DNA from: Escherichia phage Delraymugoa | Length of the DNA stretch: 64,000 bases | Sequence record: OR896825.1 | Direction: 5' to 3' (one strand) | Shown: piece by piece, positions 37,836-47,315 of the stretch | Numbering within the stretch: position 1 is the first letter of the stretch | Layout: each line of letters opens with the position of its first letter | The notes under the pieces: model-generated | Database searches by the model: none | Told to the model about the DNA's origin: nothing | What the model saw: only the letters and a program-made list of their open reading frames with translations | Program-made: the position numbers and the translations under genes

Positions 37836-38066
37836 TCACGTTCTAAAGTTTGTTGCAACCCCAGCATCAGGGTAATCAAGTTTATCAAAGTTGGGGACCA
37901 GCATAAACTCATGATGACGGCAAGACAACATTTTTGTTATGTCTTCATCGCTGTATATGCTGTTTTTCATATCCCACATACTAACTACATATTCTTCACC
38001 GGAATATAGATTGATTAAGGTATACAATTCTAACTCCGGCTGCGTTACTCTGTCAAATGTTAACAT
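37836..38066 (-). CDS. hypothetical protein (76 aa)
   Basis: ORF in array. Confidence 0.4.
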   Translation of the reverse strand: MLTFDRVTQPELELYTLINLYSGEEYVVSMWDMKNSIYSDEDITKMLSCRHHEFMLVPNFDKLDYPDAGVATNFRT

Positions 38067-39735
38067 TCATTTCAGTGAATCGCCCACGTTTAACCATCTT
38101 GAGATGACGGCTAAAATCATCAGGGTTATGGTCACGATGGCTGATAATATACACGTTATCATCTAACTCGTCAATGATGGAATCAAGTGCTTTTACGCCT
38201 TGAACGTCCGTAGCCCCATCATAAATTTCGTCGAGTACCAACAAAGAAATATTAGTACCAGATACTTTACCAGCAACATCACGCCATGTAAAGAGCATCG
38301 CAAGGTCAATACGTGCTTTTTCGCCTTGACTGAATGATGTATACGAAAACGATTCACGCCCCCGTGATTTGATTGTTTCGTTAAACTCTTCATCTAGCGT
38401 AAAGATATAATCCGCTTCCATGATATCTAGATAATACGCAATCCGATCATTGAAATATGGAATATATTTCTTGACGATAGACGCCTTAACACCGGAATCC
38501 TTCAACATTTCTGTTACAAATCCACGATGATATTTTTCAAGAACTAGCTTTGATTTTTCATTAGTAATCTCTACCAGTTCGTGTTCCAGTTTAGCAAGTT
38601 CTTCGGAATTGTCAACCCTTTCTTTTTGTAATTCCTGAATTGCTTTCTGGATCTGTTTAGCCCGACCTACAGATGCCGTTAAATTCGCTCTCTGTGACTC
38701 TATAGCGCGTTTAATTTCCAAGACCTTAGTTTGTGCTGTCTGGAAAGAATTGGCTTTCTCTGCGTATTCTACGCGTTTCTCGTCAATAAGAGACAGTTTA
38801 TGTTCGGCTTGTGCTTTTTGTTCGCGTACAGCCTGATCATTACCCTGAATGATCGGTTGTGTGCACGTAGGACAGATCCCGCCTTTCTCGTGCATATGGA
38901 TAACACGGTCAAAGTTCTGGATCTGCTCACCAATCTGTGCGATAGCAGTATTAATTTTAGCCAATGCTGCGCTAGGATCTTCCGGCATAACAACAGCCAA
39001 TAGCTCATCGGTCAAGCGCGTTTCTTCGGCTTTAAACGCTTTAGCTGATTCTACTTCTTTCTCGTACATATTCTGCAAACGCTGTAGATTCTCGGCACTC
39101 GCCTTGCTAGCGTCTTCTATGTACTTTTTATGAGTGTTGATTTGTTGCTGAACGTGATTAGCTTTCATTTCCTGCATTTGGATATTCTGGGTAATCTCTC
39201 GCACATACGCTTTATTCAGTTTATCCATTTCGCCTAGCGTAGCAATATCAAGCAAATCCTCGACCAGTTTACGGCGACCCGCTGCCGGAAGACTCATAAA
39301 CGGAACATAACCAGCAGTGCCTAAAACAACGATCTGTTTAAAGCTGGCTAGGTTCATGCCTATGATACCTTCAAAATATTCCTGAAAGTCTTTGGTGCTT
39401 GCGCTCTCGTCGATCTTTTGACCGTCGCGATGCACTTCGAATACTTCCGGTTTTTGACCACGTTTGATATAAAACTCTTTCCCGTCCAGTTCAAACCAGA
39501 CTTCGACTAACAGTTTCTTTTTGTTGACGCTGTTAATCAATTGGCCTTTCTTGATACTACGAAACGGTTTACCGAACAACACAAAGCAAAGCGCCTCGAT
39601 CATTGTTGATTTACCAGCACCGTTAACACCAGTGATTAGTGTCTTTTTGAATCCGTCTAGCTGAATCTCTACAGGTTCAGCACCCACGCTCATTATATTT
39701 TGATAGCGCAAGGTTTTAAAATTTAACTTTGCCAT
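38053..39735 (-). CDS. 46: recombination endonuclease subunit gp46 (Rad50/SbcC-like)
   Basis: N-terminal Walker A GVNGAGKST, coiled-coil middle with CPTC zinc hook, C-terminal signature; start moved to ATG (MAKLNFK) giving 560 aa as in T4. Confidence 0.9.
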   Translation of the reverse strand: MAKLNFKTLRYQNIMSVGAEPVEIQLDGFKKTLITGVNGAGKSTMIEALCFVLFGKPFRSIKKGQLINSVNKKKLLVEVWFELDGKEFYIKRGQKPEVFEVHRDGQKIDESASTKDFQEYFEGIIGMNLASFKQIVVLGTAGYVPFMSLPAAGRRKLVEDLLDIATLGEMDKLNKAYVREITQNIQMQEMKANHVQQQINTHKKYIEDASKASAENLQRLQNMYEKEVESAKAFKAEETRLTDELLAVVMPEDPSAALAKINTAIAQIGEQIQNFDRVIHMHEKGGICPTCTQPIIQGNDQAVREQKAQAEHKLSLIDEKRVEYAEKANSFQTAQTKVLEIKRAIESQRANLTASVGRAKQIQKAIQELQKERVDNSEELAKLEHELVEITNEKSKLVLEKYHRGFVTEMLKDSGVKASIVKKYIPYFNDRIAYYLDIMEADYIFTLDEEFNETIKSRGRESFSYTSFSQGEKARIDLAMLFTWRDVAGKVSGTNISLLVLDEIYDGATDVQGVKALDSIIDELDDNVYIISHRDHNPDDFSRHLKMVKRGRFTEMNVNI

Positions 39736-39979
39736 TAATCCACTCCGCAATCACACATTCCATAATATTAAATGCTAACACATCTTCATCAATGTTGTAA
39801 ACACTTGCCGCCTTCACTTTAACTAATGTGTCTCTGCGATCTGGCAGCATGACCACATAATCCAGTGTCACAGGATCATATGTCATAAAGGGATCAACAT
39901 AAATCCCTTTATTCAATGCCAGATATTCGCGAAGACCTTCTATAACCCTGTGTCGAAGGTAGGTCATCGATAGAATCAT
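39716..39979 (-). CDS. hypothetical protein (87 aa)
   Basis: ORF between 46 and 47. Confidence 0.4.
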   Translation of the reverse strand: MILSMTYLRHRVIEGLREYLALNKGIYVDPFMTYDPVTLDYVVMLPDRRDTLVKVKAASVYNIDEDVLAFNIMECVIAEWINGKVKF

Positions 39980-40548
39980 TTTAGTTTATGTTCCTCTAAA
40001 AATTCTTCAATTTCACCTTGCAGATCTTCCGCTTGTTGTTCCAGAATGTCACGAAATTCACCTACAGTCAAGCGGTAATCACATTTCACCAGTCGATGCG
40101 GGAGAATATACCCTTTATACATTGTCTCTGACGCTTCCAGGAATACCCCACTATGCATGACAGAGATCCAACCTGTTAGCGTCAATGGAGTATTCGGAAA
40201 ATAATACTTGCTGGATTGTTTCCACTGGACGAAAGCACCATATACAATCGGATTATATTCACCAACCACACTCTTAATAATGGATTCTACTTTGTCTTTT
40301 ACAAATACGCCCATATCCATAGTGGTCATCAATTCTTGTGGATGAATCACTTTAAGGTAACGACGATAGTCATCATCATAATACAGCTTAACTACTGGTT
40401 CACCCCACATTTGAGCAATATTCGCTTTCAGATATCCATAGATCGGATTCTTATCATATGATTGTTTTAGCGTGTAGGTATGCAACAGCGTAATAAAATG
40501 TCGCATTACCAGTTTATCTGGATCAACCGCGCCCATAGTCGTATTCAT
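39976..40548 (-). CDS. hypothetical protein (190 aa)
   Basis: Start moved to ATG with GAGGAA Shine-Dalgarno. Confidence 0.45.
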   Translation of the reverse strand: MNTTMGAVDPDKLVMRHFITLLHTYTLKQSYDKNPIYGYLKANIAQMWGEPVVKLYYDDDYRRYLKVIHPQELMTTMDMGVFVKDKVESIIKSVVGEYNPIVYGAFVQWKQSSKYYFPNTPLTLTGWISVMHSGVFLEASETMYKGYILPHRLVKCDYRLTVGEFRDILEQQAEDLQGEIEEFLEEHKLK

Positions 40549-40840
40549 AATATGTTCCTCGTTCAATTTCATATTGTTTCAGGTCTTCTAAGAGTTCATC
40601 CACTGCTTGTTTCAGCACATGACGCAGCGTAAAGTAATAGCTTTCATCAAATTCTATTTCCGCGCGAGGAATAGAGCGAAACTTACACTTAACGGTAGTA
40701 TCAGTTAGTCGCTTTTCGACCATCATCCGAACTTCTTCATGCTCTTTGGAATACCATACATCAACGGAGACCCCCTTACGTCGAGCAAACATAGGCAATG
40801 CCGCATTAAATTCCATTACCTTTTGTGCAAGTGTTTTCAT
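40523..40840 (-). CDS. hypothetical protein (105 aa)
   Basis: ORF in array. Confidence 0.45.
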   Translation of the reverse strand: MKTLAQKVMEFNAALPMFARRKGVSVDVWYSKEHEEVRMMVEKRLTDTTVKCKFRSIPRAEIEFDESYYFTLRHVLKQAVDELLEDLKQYEIERGTYYEYDYGRG

Positions 40841-41088
40841 CGTACAGACTCCATAGATCCACGCGCAATAACATTCTGGGTAATATCAGCAATCTTACGG
40901 GATACGATGTTTGTTAGCCCCTCTTTGGTGATATTTTCACGATCAAATGGGATTTCGTCATGAGTCCACAAACCATAGTTAGATCGAAATGATAGCATAT
41001 ACTGACCATCTCGCACAACCTCAAATACATGGATCTTAGTGAATTTCGATAAACCTTCGTTGATTTCTTTCAGTGCATTAGTAATCAT
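40837..41088 (-). CDS. hypothetical protein (83 aa)
   Basis: Start moved to ATG (MITNALKE) with GGAGG Shine-Dalgarno downstream of promoter. Confidence 0.45.
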   Translation of the reverse strand: MITNALKEINEGLSKFTKIHVFEVVRDGQYMLSFRSNYGLWTHDEIPFDRENITKEGLTNIVSRKIADITQNVIARGSMESVR

Positions 41089-41113
41089 AACAACCTCCAA
41101 TCAATTTTTAGAG

Positions 41114-41142
41114 AGTATAACGGGGATTTCTCCCCGCGTCAA
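41114..41142 (-). promoter_or_regulatory. sigma70-type early promoter with palindromic spacer
   Basis: TTGACG-N17-TATACT; spacer contains CGGGGA-TTTC-TCCCCG. Confidence 0.55.
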
Positions 41143-42168
41143 CTAACTTTTTGCGCTATTTACCTCGGCTAAAAGTTCATCAGAAATACGCTTGACCGCC
41201 GCAAGTTCTTCCGGTTCTAGGTTTTGTTCTTCCAGATATTCATAGACCATCTGAATAGTGCTTTTAACTTCAATAACACCTGTTTCCTGTGATGCGCTAC
41301 TCTCCAGCTTATGGACCACTTTTAGCTTGTGTACAACGGCCTCTAACGCGCTTTCTAACTTAGTTAACCCATTATCAGCGACCGTTGCAATAAGACGCAC
41401 ACTAAGCCCCTTAAAGCGTTCTACATCGATTTTATCATCTGACGGGTAAGTGATACGCACATGATAAGTTTTGTCATTCTGGATAAACTCCTTTTTGTGT
41501 GTATCGGTATCGAATACCCAAAACCCACGCGGATCGTTTTCGTCACCCGCCGTTAGTGTGTATGGTGTACCTATATACGTTACGTTACCGCCATCGCTGA
41601 TAGTATGAAAGTGACCAGAAAACACTTCACGGTATTTCTTGAGGAAGTCCGCGCTATAACCTTCGGATTTTAGTCCTTTATAGAAATAGTAGCCAGACAA
41701 TTCCCAATGGCCTACACAATATTCGCTGAATGAGTTTTGAATAAACTCTAAAATCTCTGATTTATTGTCATCACAAAACCACGGGAACAGATCAAATGAT
41801 ACACCATCAAAGGTAACTGTTTCCGGTTTATCGATAACCTTAATGCAATCATACTGGCTTAACACTTCACGCGGTGCGTTAGGCTGGATCTTGTTTCGTT
41901 TAAACATATCATGATTCCCGACCGTGGTATAACAAGTAATACTAGCCTCTTCCAGTAACGGGATGATCTTAGTACGGTTAAATTTCATGGTTTCATGGGT
42001 AATTGCTTTTCGGCAATCAAACCAATCCCCTGTTTGAATCCATGTCTTAATATTATGCTCTTTGGAGTATTCAACCGCTTTCTTGATGGTGTCAAGAATA
42101 TACTCATGCACCCACGGATCATCGCCACCGATACCAGTATGCAGATCACCTAAAAGCAAAATTTTCAT
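41143..42168 (-). CDS. 47: recombination endonuclease subunit gp47 (Mre11/SbcD-like phosphoesterase)
   Basis: MKILLLGDLHTG, GNHD, GHxH phosphoesterase motifs; 341 aa; synteny. Confidence 0.9.
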   Translation of the reverse strand: MKILLLGDLHTGIGGDDPWVHEYILDTIKKAVEYSKEHNIKTWIQTGDWFDCRKAITHETMKFNRTKIIPLLEEASITCYTTVGNHDMFKRNKIQPNAPREVLSQYDCIKVIDKPETVTFDGVSFDLFPWFCDDNKSEILEFIQNSFSEYCVGHWELSGYYFYKGLKSEGYSADFLKKYREVFSGHFHTISDGGNVTYIGTPYTLTAGDENDPRGFWVFDTDTHKKEFIQNDKTYHVRITYPSDDKIDVERFKGLSVRLIATVADNGLTKLESALEAVVHKLKVVHKLESSASQETGVIEVKSTIQMVYEYLEEQNLEPEELAAVKRISDELLAEVNSAKS

Positions 42169-42206
42169 AGTCTCTTCCTCTCTTCGTTTTCGATGCTCTC
42201 ACTATA

Positions 42207-42236
42207 TCACAGAAAAATAAAAAGGGAAACCCCTTT
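42207..42236 (-). terminator. rho-independent terminator upstream of gene 47
   Basis: AAAGGG-GUUU-CCCUUU hairpin followed by UUAUUUUUCUG. Confidence 0.45.
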
Positions 42237-42259
42237 CAGAGTCTCCCTTATAAAAGCCA

Positions 42260-42547
42260 TTACAGCATACTTAATACCGTTTGCCGTGTACTAATCCACA
42301 TAGCAGAAAGCAGTTCTGGCGTGTGTGGCTGTTTGTAGATATCACGTAACTTTCCGATAGCGTAGATATACGCATCACGGTTATCATCGATGATAGCTTG
42401 TTCAGCCCACAGCTTAAGGCGTGCAATCTCTCGCGAGTTCTTACGCAAGATCTTTTCCGCTTTCTTAGAGGCTTTCGCCTCTAGTTCTGCTTGTACTTTG
42501 TCTACTTCATTCACTACAATCTGGTCATGTTGTTCATCGTAAGTCAT
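42260..42547 (-). CDS. hypothetical protein (95 aa)
   Basis: ORF in the slot where T4 carries alpha-gt. Confidence 0.45.
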   Translation of the reverse strand: MTYDEQHDQIVVNEVDKVQAELEAKASKKAEKILRKNSREIARLKLWAEQAIIDDNRDAYIYAIGKLRDIYKQPHTPELLSAMWISTRQTVLSML

Positions 42548-42548
42548 A

Positions 42549-42782
42549 TTATTTTCCTTCTGGGATATAGTCGATGATTAAAGAAAATTCATCTTCTGAT
42601 ACATTATAGCTATGTGAGATTGTACCCGTAAAGACCTCAAGATCCGGTGATTTGATATTGCACGGATCGATAATCACCGGAACGCCGCAATCTCTCAAAA
42701 ATAATTTGGCGAAATACGGCACGAGGTCAGTTTCAAACTCTGCTTCTTCCAGCAAACGGGAAATGTTAATTTTCAATCTCAT
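42549..42782 (-). CDS. hypothetical protein (77 aa)
   Basis: ORF in array. Confidence 0.4.
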   Translation of the reverse strand: MRLKINISRLLEEAEFETDLVPYFAKLFLRDCGVPVIIDPCNIKSPDLEVFTGTISHSYNVSEDEFSLIIDYIPEGK

Positions 42783-43299
42783 AAAATTGGTCCAGGCTAG
42801 GCAATTCCTCGGTCAATACATCTTCAACCTTTGGCGCTTTCGGTTTATTGACCGATTCCTCGTAGTTGTTGATTTTATCGTAAATGTCCTGTATGAATGC
42901 CTCATCAGCAATCTGGCACATATCAGCGTCGCGTTCGTCATATACATGATGCACAAAATATTTGTATTTTGCGGCTGTCGCTGTTCTCTCTTTTTTAATG
43001 CGCTGTACAAAAGCATTAAAGCACGCTTGCGTGATGTAAGCATGAGGATTTTTATACTTTGTCTCGTCAAAATTAATCAAACCCTTGACCGCCGCTTCGA
43101 TTCCGTCGTCGATCATTTCTTCGCGCCATGTTTGACTATAACCAGAAAAGTTAAAACGACGTGATAGATTTTTAGAGATTTGCATAATTGCTAGGCCGAT
43201 TTGATCGCTCATTGGAACTTGCCGACCTTCTGCTGCAATTTGTTGTTTCCAACGGCAAATTTCTTCGTAAAGCTCTTTATTGTTTACATAATCAGACAC
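42766..43299 (-). CDS. 55: late transcription sigma factor gp55
   Basis: [57 protein letters not shown] near-identical to T4 gp55; GTG start with GAGGG Shine-Dalgarno. Confidence 0.95.
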   Translation of the reverse strand: MSDYVNNKELYEEICRWKQQIAAEGRQVPMSDQIGLAIMQISKNLSRRFNFSGYSQTWREEMIDDGIEAAVKGLINFDETKYKNPHAYITQACFNAFVQRIKKERTATAAKYKYFVHHVYDERDADMCQIADEAFIQDIYDKINNYEESVNKPKAPKVEDVLTEELPSLDQFYEIEN

Positions 43300-43339
43300 T
43301 TCGCACCCTCGCTATTATTTAGGAAATAACCCTTTCGGG

Positions 43340-44809
43340 CTATTCCCCATTGCCATTATACTTTCTTTGCTTAGTTATCCACACTCTAACCATCTCTACA
43401 GATTCGCCGTCAGACGGATCAAGAGTTTTTCCCTTTTTCTTCATGCGGTACTTAAATCCGTTAAATCTTGCATTCTCTTGCTCGTTAAAATCGAACATCT
43501 TTTTAAATGATTTTCGCCCTTTACGCTCACCACATTCTAGCGGAATCATTCGGTCTGTTATTACATTGGCATTAGGTAGAAACGTTTTTAGATAATCTAC
43601 CAACGCCCAATCAGGAACATATAGATTAACATTCTCCTTGCTCTCGTTGTCTCTCAGGTTACAACGCAAACATAATTGAAATGCTGGTTCCAGATAATCA
43701 GACACATGACGCGCTTTCAAAAACTCATTTGTCGGGAGATCACAACTATTAGCAAGACCTTTTAAAATATCAATCTCCCATCGTTGAGGGTTAAAGCTGA
43801 ACATCACAGCAACATTTTTATGATGAATGTAAGAGTTAAGACCATAAGACCCGTAAGGTATCCGCTCACCAATACCATTTGTACACGCTTCACGGTCCCG
43901 ATTCACGGTATAAATGAAGTCATCGCCACATTCATTTTTAACCATATCAACAAGACGTTCAAAGGTATTGTTTGTTTCTGACTGGTGACGCGACCATCGT
44001 TCAGAGTCCGTCATAAGGATGATATTAACTCTATCTGTATTTTTATACTCTTTGAAATATAGTCTGGATTCTAGCGCACTCGGAACAAAATCGCAATTTG
44101 CATAGTATCGTAGATACTTCCCACTATATGTATCAAAGAGATTTGCACATGCTATCGTAACCTTTTTAAAGTCTCCCCACGTACCGTGTTTGTTATCGTT
44201 CAAGAAAACAATTTTCGACCCATTCTTCCGGTGTCCTTCGTTATGTTTTACCATAACGTTGATTTTCTTCTCTAATAACGCCTCATAAAGCCCTCTAAGA
44301 GAAGAATCGATCATATCAGTACCATCCTTCGCACTTTCTATCTTTTCTTTGATAGCGGCCTTCTCAGAGTCTTTTAGAACTAAGTTCTGTAGGCATTCCG
44401 ATTCGTCGGCGATTGGTTCGCAATGCTTCGTGATAAGTTCAAGATTAGACTTAAACGGATACTCATTAAATTCAACCAGTTGAGGAACTTCATCAATGTA
44501 AAGAGCATATTCACCAAACATTTTTGAACGTTCCATATTAGATAACGCTGTATGTGTAATGAATATCACATCAGCACCGTCTTTAACTGATTGCATTATC
44601 GACGCTTGCACTGTCTTAAGGCTTCTTAGTCTTGTGCTATCAATCAAGACAGCACGACCGCCCATTCTTTTAAACTTATTGTAAGATTGTTCACTTAAAA
44701 CACGAGATGGCGAAGCAATAACCGCTTTTTCTTTTGTCTCTAGGACGTGGGAAAGTATAGCATCAGTTTTCCCTGCCGCTGGCAATGCGATTAATGTTTC
44801 AATCTTCAT
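43340..44809 (-). CDS. P-loop NTPase with helicase-like N-terminal domain (489 aa), function unknown
   Basis: Walker A LPAAGKTD, motif Ia-like VIASPSRV, Walker B-like YIDEV in first 110 aa; C-terminal 370 aa without recognisable motifs; no T4 counterpart at this position. Confidence 0.6.
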   Translation of the reverse strand: MKIETLIALPAAGKTDAILSHVLETKEKAVIASPSRVLSEQSYNKFKRMGGRAVLIDSTRLRSLKTVQASIMQSVKDGADVIFITHTALSNMERSKMFGEYALYIDEVPQLVEFNEYPFKSNLELITKHCEPIADESECLQNLVLKDSEKAAIKEKIESAKDGTDMIDSSLRGLYEALLEKKINVMVKHNEGHRKNGSKIVFLNDNKHGTWGDFKKVTIACANLFDTYSGKYLRYYANCDFVPSALESRLYFKEYKNTDRVNIILMTDSERWSRHQSETNNTFERLVDMVKNECGDDFIYTVNRDREACTNGIGERIPYGSYGLNSYIHHKNVAVMFSFNPQRWEIDILKGLANSCDLPTNEFLKARHVSDYLEPAFQLCLRCNLRDNESKENVNLYVPDWALVDYLKTFLPNANVITDRMIPLECGERKGRKSFKKMFDFNEQENARFNGFKYRMKKKGKTLDPSDGESVEMVRVWITKQRKYNGNGE

Positions 44810-45096
44810 TAGAAACCCTTACGTCGTGCTTTCTGGCATTTCTTGATCATTTTATCAGAAATTTCGCGCTTAGGTGCAATCTCTTTCACACCGAAAGCAC
44901 TAATGCCAAATTCAGAGAGAATATATTCAACCAACAATTCACGCACACGCGCTTTACCGATATTCACGCCGTTATTTTTCAGATATGTCTGGCCTTCGAC
45001 TTGCATCAGATCTAAATCTGCGTCGGTAATATTGATTTCTTCCATGCGCCCAAATCGAGAATAAACCATGTGTGCGATTGCATTGTGTACTAACAT
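44809..45096 (-). CDS. hypothetical protein (95 aa)
   Basis: Start moved to ATG (MLVHNAI) with GAGGA Shine-Dalgarno. Confidence 0.45.
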   Translation of the reverse strand: MLVHNAIAHMVYSRFGRMEEINITDADLDLMQVEGQTYLKNNGVNIGKARVRELLVEYILSEFGISAFGVKEIAPKREISDKMIKKCQKARRKGF

Positions 45097-45117
45097 AATA
45101 TATTCCTCACTCAAGAA

Positions 45118-45276
45118 TTACTTAATGATACTTACTTTACCAGATCCGTGACAATGAGCACAACACCCATCACCACGCAATCCTGTTCCGTTACAGTGTT
45201 TACACTTCTTCAACGGTAAAGCCATTATAGCAAATAAAGCAATAATGAATACCGAAACTAAATTCTCAATAATCAT
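45118..45276 (-). CDS. small membrane-anchored zinc-ribbon protein (52 aa)
   Basis: Below the track threshold; hydrophobic N-terminus then CKHC..CCAHC; overlaps upstream stop by 11 nt. Confidence 0.35.
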   Translation of the reverse strand: MIIENLVSVFIIALFAIMALPLKKCKHCNGTGLRGDGCCAHCHGSGKVSIIK

Positions 45277-45535
45277 AAATCGCCCTCAGTTCTTTATAGC
45301 CTCCAATGTGCTCGTTGTCAATGAATATCTGGGGGTATACAAATCGGAGGCTCTTTGAGTTCAGCCTCCCCGCCAGTTCTTCAATCATATCACGGTCGGG
45401 AATAATGTCAACCCCGACCTGCTTGAATACTGGTTTAAGTGTATACGGAATACCCAGATCATCCAGTAGCTTCATTGCACTAATACAACCATAACAATGA
45501 TAAGCCTCTTTCGGTATGCCGTATATCTCGATCAT
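45266..45535 (-). CDS. glutaredoxin/thioredoxin-like protein (NrdC/NrdH family)
   Basis: CYGC active site and C-terminal PQIFIDNEHIGGYKEL as in T4 nrdC-type thioredoxin; sits at the T4 nrdH position. Confidence 0.75.
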   Translation of the reverse strand: MIEIYGIPKEAYHCYGCISAMKLLDDLGIPYTLKPVFKQVGVDIIPDRDMIEELAGRLNSKSLRFVYPQIFIDNEHIGGYKELRAIYDY

Positions 45536-46008
45536 TTTTCAGCCTTTAATCTTTCTAGTTCTTCTTCCAGTTCCTTGATCCGTTGGTCACGTTCAAAGTC
45601 ACGCTGCAACTTAGTGGCGAATACTCGTTTAAACTGATTGTAATCATCGATTTTAAACACTTCTTCTTCGCCATAGCGACGCACAGAAACTTCGTAGTTA
45701 TTGAAGAATTGTTGCATCATTGCTTCGGATGATAGCTCTGCTGATACCACTTTAAAATATTGATCTTCTGTAGGCGAAAACCAATTACAAGCATAAAGAT
45801 AAACCTTTTCATTGTCTGGACACTGGTAAGCCTTACCATCGATTTCAATCACAGAAACATATTCAGGTATACTAGATGAATCAATAGCTAAGACTTTAAA
45901 CGCACGGTCCCCGATAAACTCGGAGATCACACGATTCGCATCACTGGTTGCAAATGCTTTACGCGCTTGTTCGTTTTTCCACTGATAGGTCATGCCAACA
46001 ACAAACAT
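45532..46008 (-). CDS. paralog family A member (158 aa; one WKxE..DRKFF-type domain plus coiled coil)
   Basis: MTYQWKNEQARKAF...VIEIDGKAY pattern shared with next three genes; start moved to ATG with GAGG Shine-Dalgarno. Confidence 0.5.
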   Translation of the reverse strand: MFVVGMTYQWKNEQARKAFATSDANRVISEFIGDRAFKVLAIDSSSIPEYVSVIEIDGKAYQCPDNEKVYLYACNWFSPTEDQYFKVVSAELSSEAMMQQFFNNYEVSVRRYGEEEVFKIDDYNQFKRVFATKLQRDFERDQRIKELEEELERLKAEK

Positions 46009-46009
46009 A

Positions 46010-46834
46010 TTACCAACCTCGCTCTTTACCAATCAAAAATTCAACTTCACGACGTTTAATGTCTTCTTGAAGGTCTTTAATCTTCTGGCGATCTTGCATG
46101 ATTTCATCCATCTTGTCAAGTGCCGCAATGAAATCATCGAAACGTTCAAAGGTTTTACCTTCATTTGCTTCGCCAAATTTAACCATTGTCAGGCCGTAAC
46201 GACTACTAAACAGACGTTTCAACTGTCCAACGATTTTAGAATCAGTGGTTATAACTTCCAATTCTTCTACTTCACGAAAGAATTTTCTATCAGAATCAAT
46301 AAACCAGCTAGTTCCTTTATGGTCTCTATCTTCGGTTGCGCTCATTAGAGTATGGTCTTTACCATCAATTTCAATTACATCAATTTGCCCACATGGACGA
46401 ACATTTTTAACAGTAAAAGGTCTATAATTTATTGCTCGTGCAATAACATAATTAAGGTTAGATACGTTTTCAGCATAATGGCAGAAGTCGGTCATAGCAT
46501 TCACATCTTTCCAAGTATAAGTTTTACCAACTTCCCATTTCTGGGGAACTTCTTCAACTTCACGAAAGAATTTTCGATCGAATGGACTAAAGAAATATGT
46601 TGCAGTCCAAATGTCTTTTCCTGTAGCAGTTTTCGCCGTATGATAAACACCGTCTAGCTCTATTGCATTAATCCAACCGTTACCCTCGATCTCGATGATG
46701 GTAAATGGCTTGTCACCAATAGCTGCACTAATATCGCTGTTAAGCGGAGAAAGAACACCTTCTCCGTTAGTAATAAACTCAGTTTTAGCGTTTTCATCTT
46801 TCCAAGTGTAAGTTTTACCAATTTCCCATTTCAT
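46010..46834 (-). CDS. paralog family A member with internal tandem duplication (274 aa)
   Basis: Two copies of WE.GKTYTWKD...IEIDG...DRKFFREVEE within one ORF. Confidence 0.55.
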   Translation of the reverse strand: MKWEIGKTYTWKDENAKTEFITNGEGVLSPLNSDISAAIGDKPFTIIEIEGNGWINAIELDGVYHTAKTATGKDIWTATYFFSPFDRKFFREVEEVPQKWEVGKTYTWKDVNAMTDFCHYAENVSNLNYVIARAINYRPFTVKNVRPCGQIDVIEIDGKDHTLMSATEDRDHKGTSWFIDSDRKFFREVEELEVITTDSKIVGQLKRLFSSRYGLTMVKFGEANEGKTFERFDDFIAALDKMDEIMQDRQKIKDLQEDIKRREVEFLIGKERGW

Positions 46835-46846
46835 AATATATTCCCC

Positions 46847-47311
46847 TTAACCGATTTTATCAAGTTCGTTTAATGCTTTCTCAGCTTCCTGTATAGCTTG
46901 CACTCTTTCCGGCATTTTGTCAAGAAAATCTTTCAACTCTTCAAAACTGGAGATATGACGCAAGGCGTTAGCACCGATAGCCGCATGTGATTTGCATTCA
47001 AAGCGGATTTTATAATTATCCATCGCCAATTTGAGAAGATCAATTAATTTAGATTCTTCTGGAATAATAATTTCTTCAAATCTGCTACGGTCATGATCCA
47101 GAAACCAACAAGATAGACCTACATCGGTTGAACTCATATAAGTTCCATCATGAAGATAAACAGACCGCACGTATCCTTTTTTCGCATCAACCGACGCAAC
47201 TTTAAACGGTAATCGCAGATATTTCAAATAATCAACATCATACCATTTAAAAAATTGGTTTGCATCTTTTACATCTTTCCACGCATAGGTCTTACCAGCT
47301 TCCCATTTCAT
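46847..47311 (-). CDS. paralog family A member (154 aa)
   Basis: MKWEAGKTYAWKDVKDANQF N-terminus; start moved to that ATG. Confidence 0.5.
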   Translation of the reverse strand: MKWEAGKTYAWKDVKDANQFFKWYDVDYLKYLRLPFKVASVDAKKGYVRSVYLHDGTYMSSTDVGLSCWFLDHDRSRFEEIIIPEESKLIDLLKLAMDNYKIRFECKSHAAIGANALRHISSFEELKDFLDKMPERVQAIQEAEKALNELDKIG

Positions 47312-47315
47312 AATA

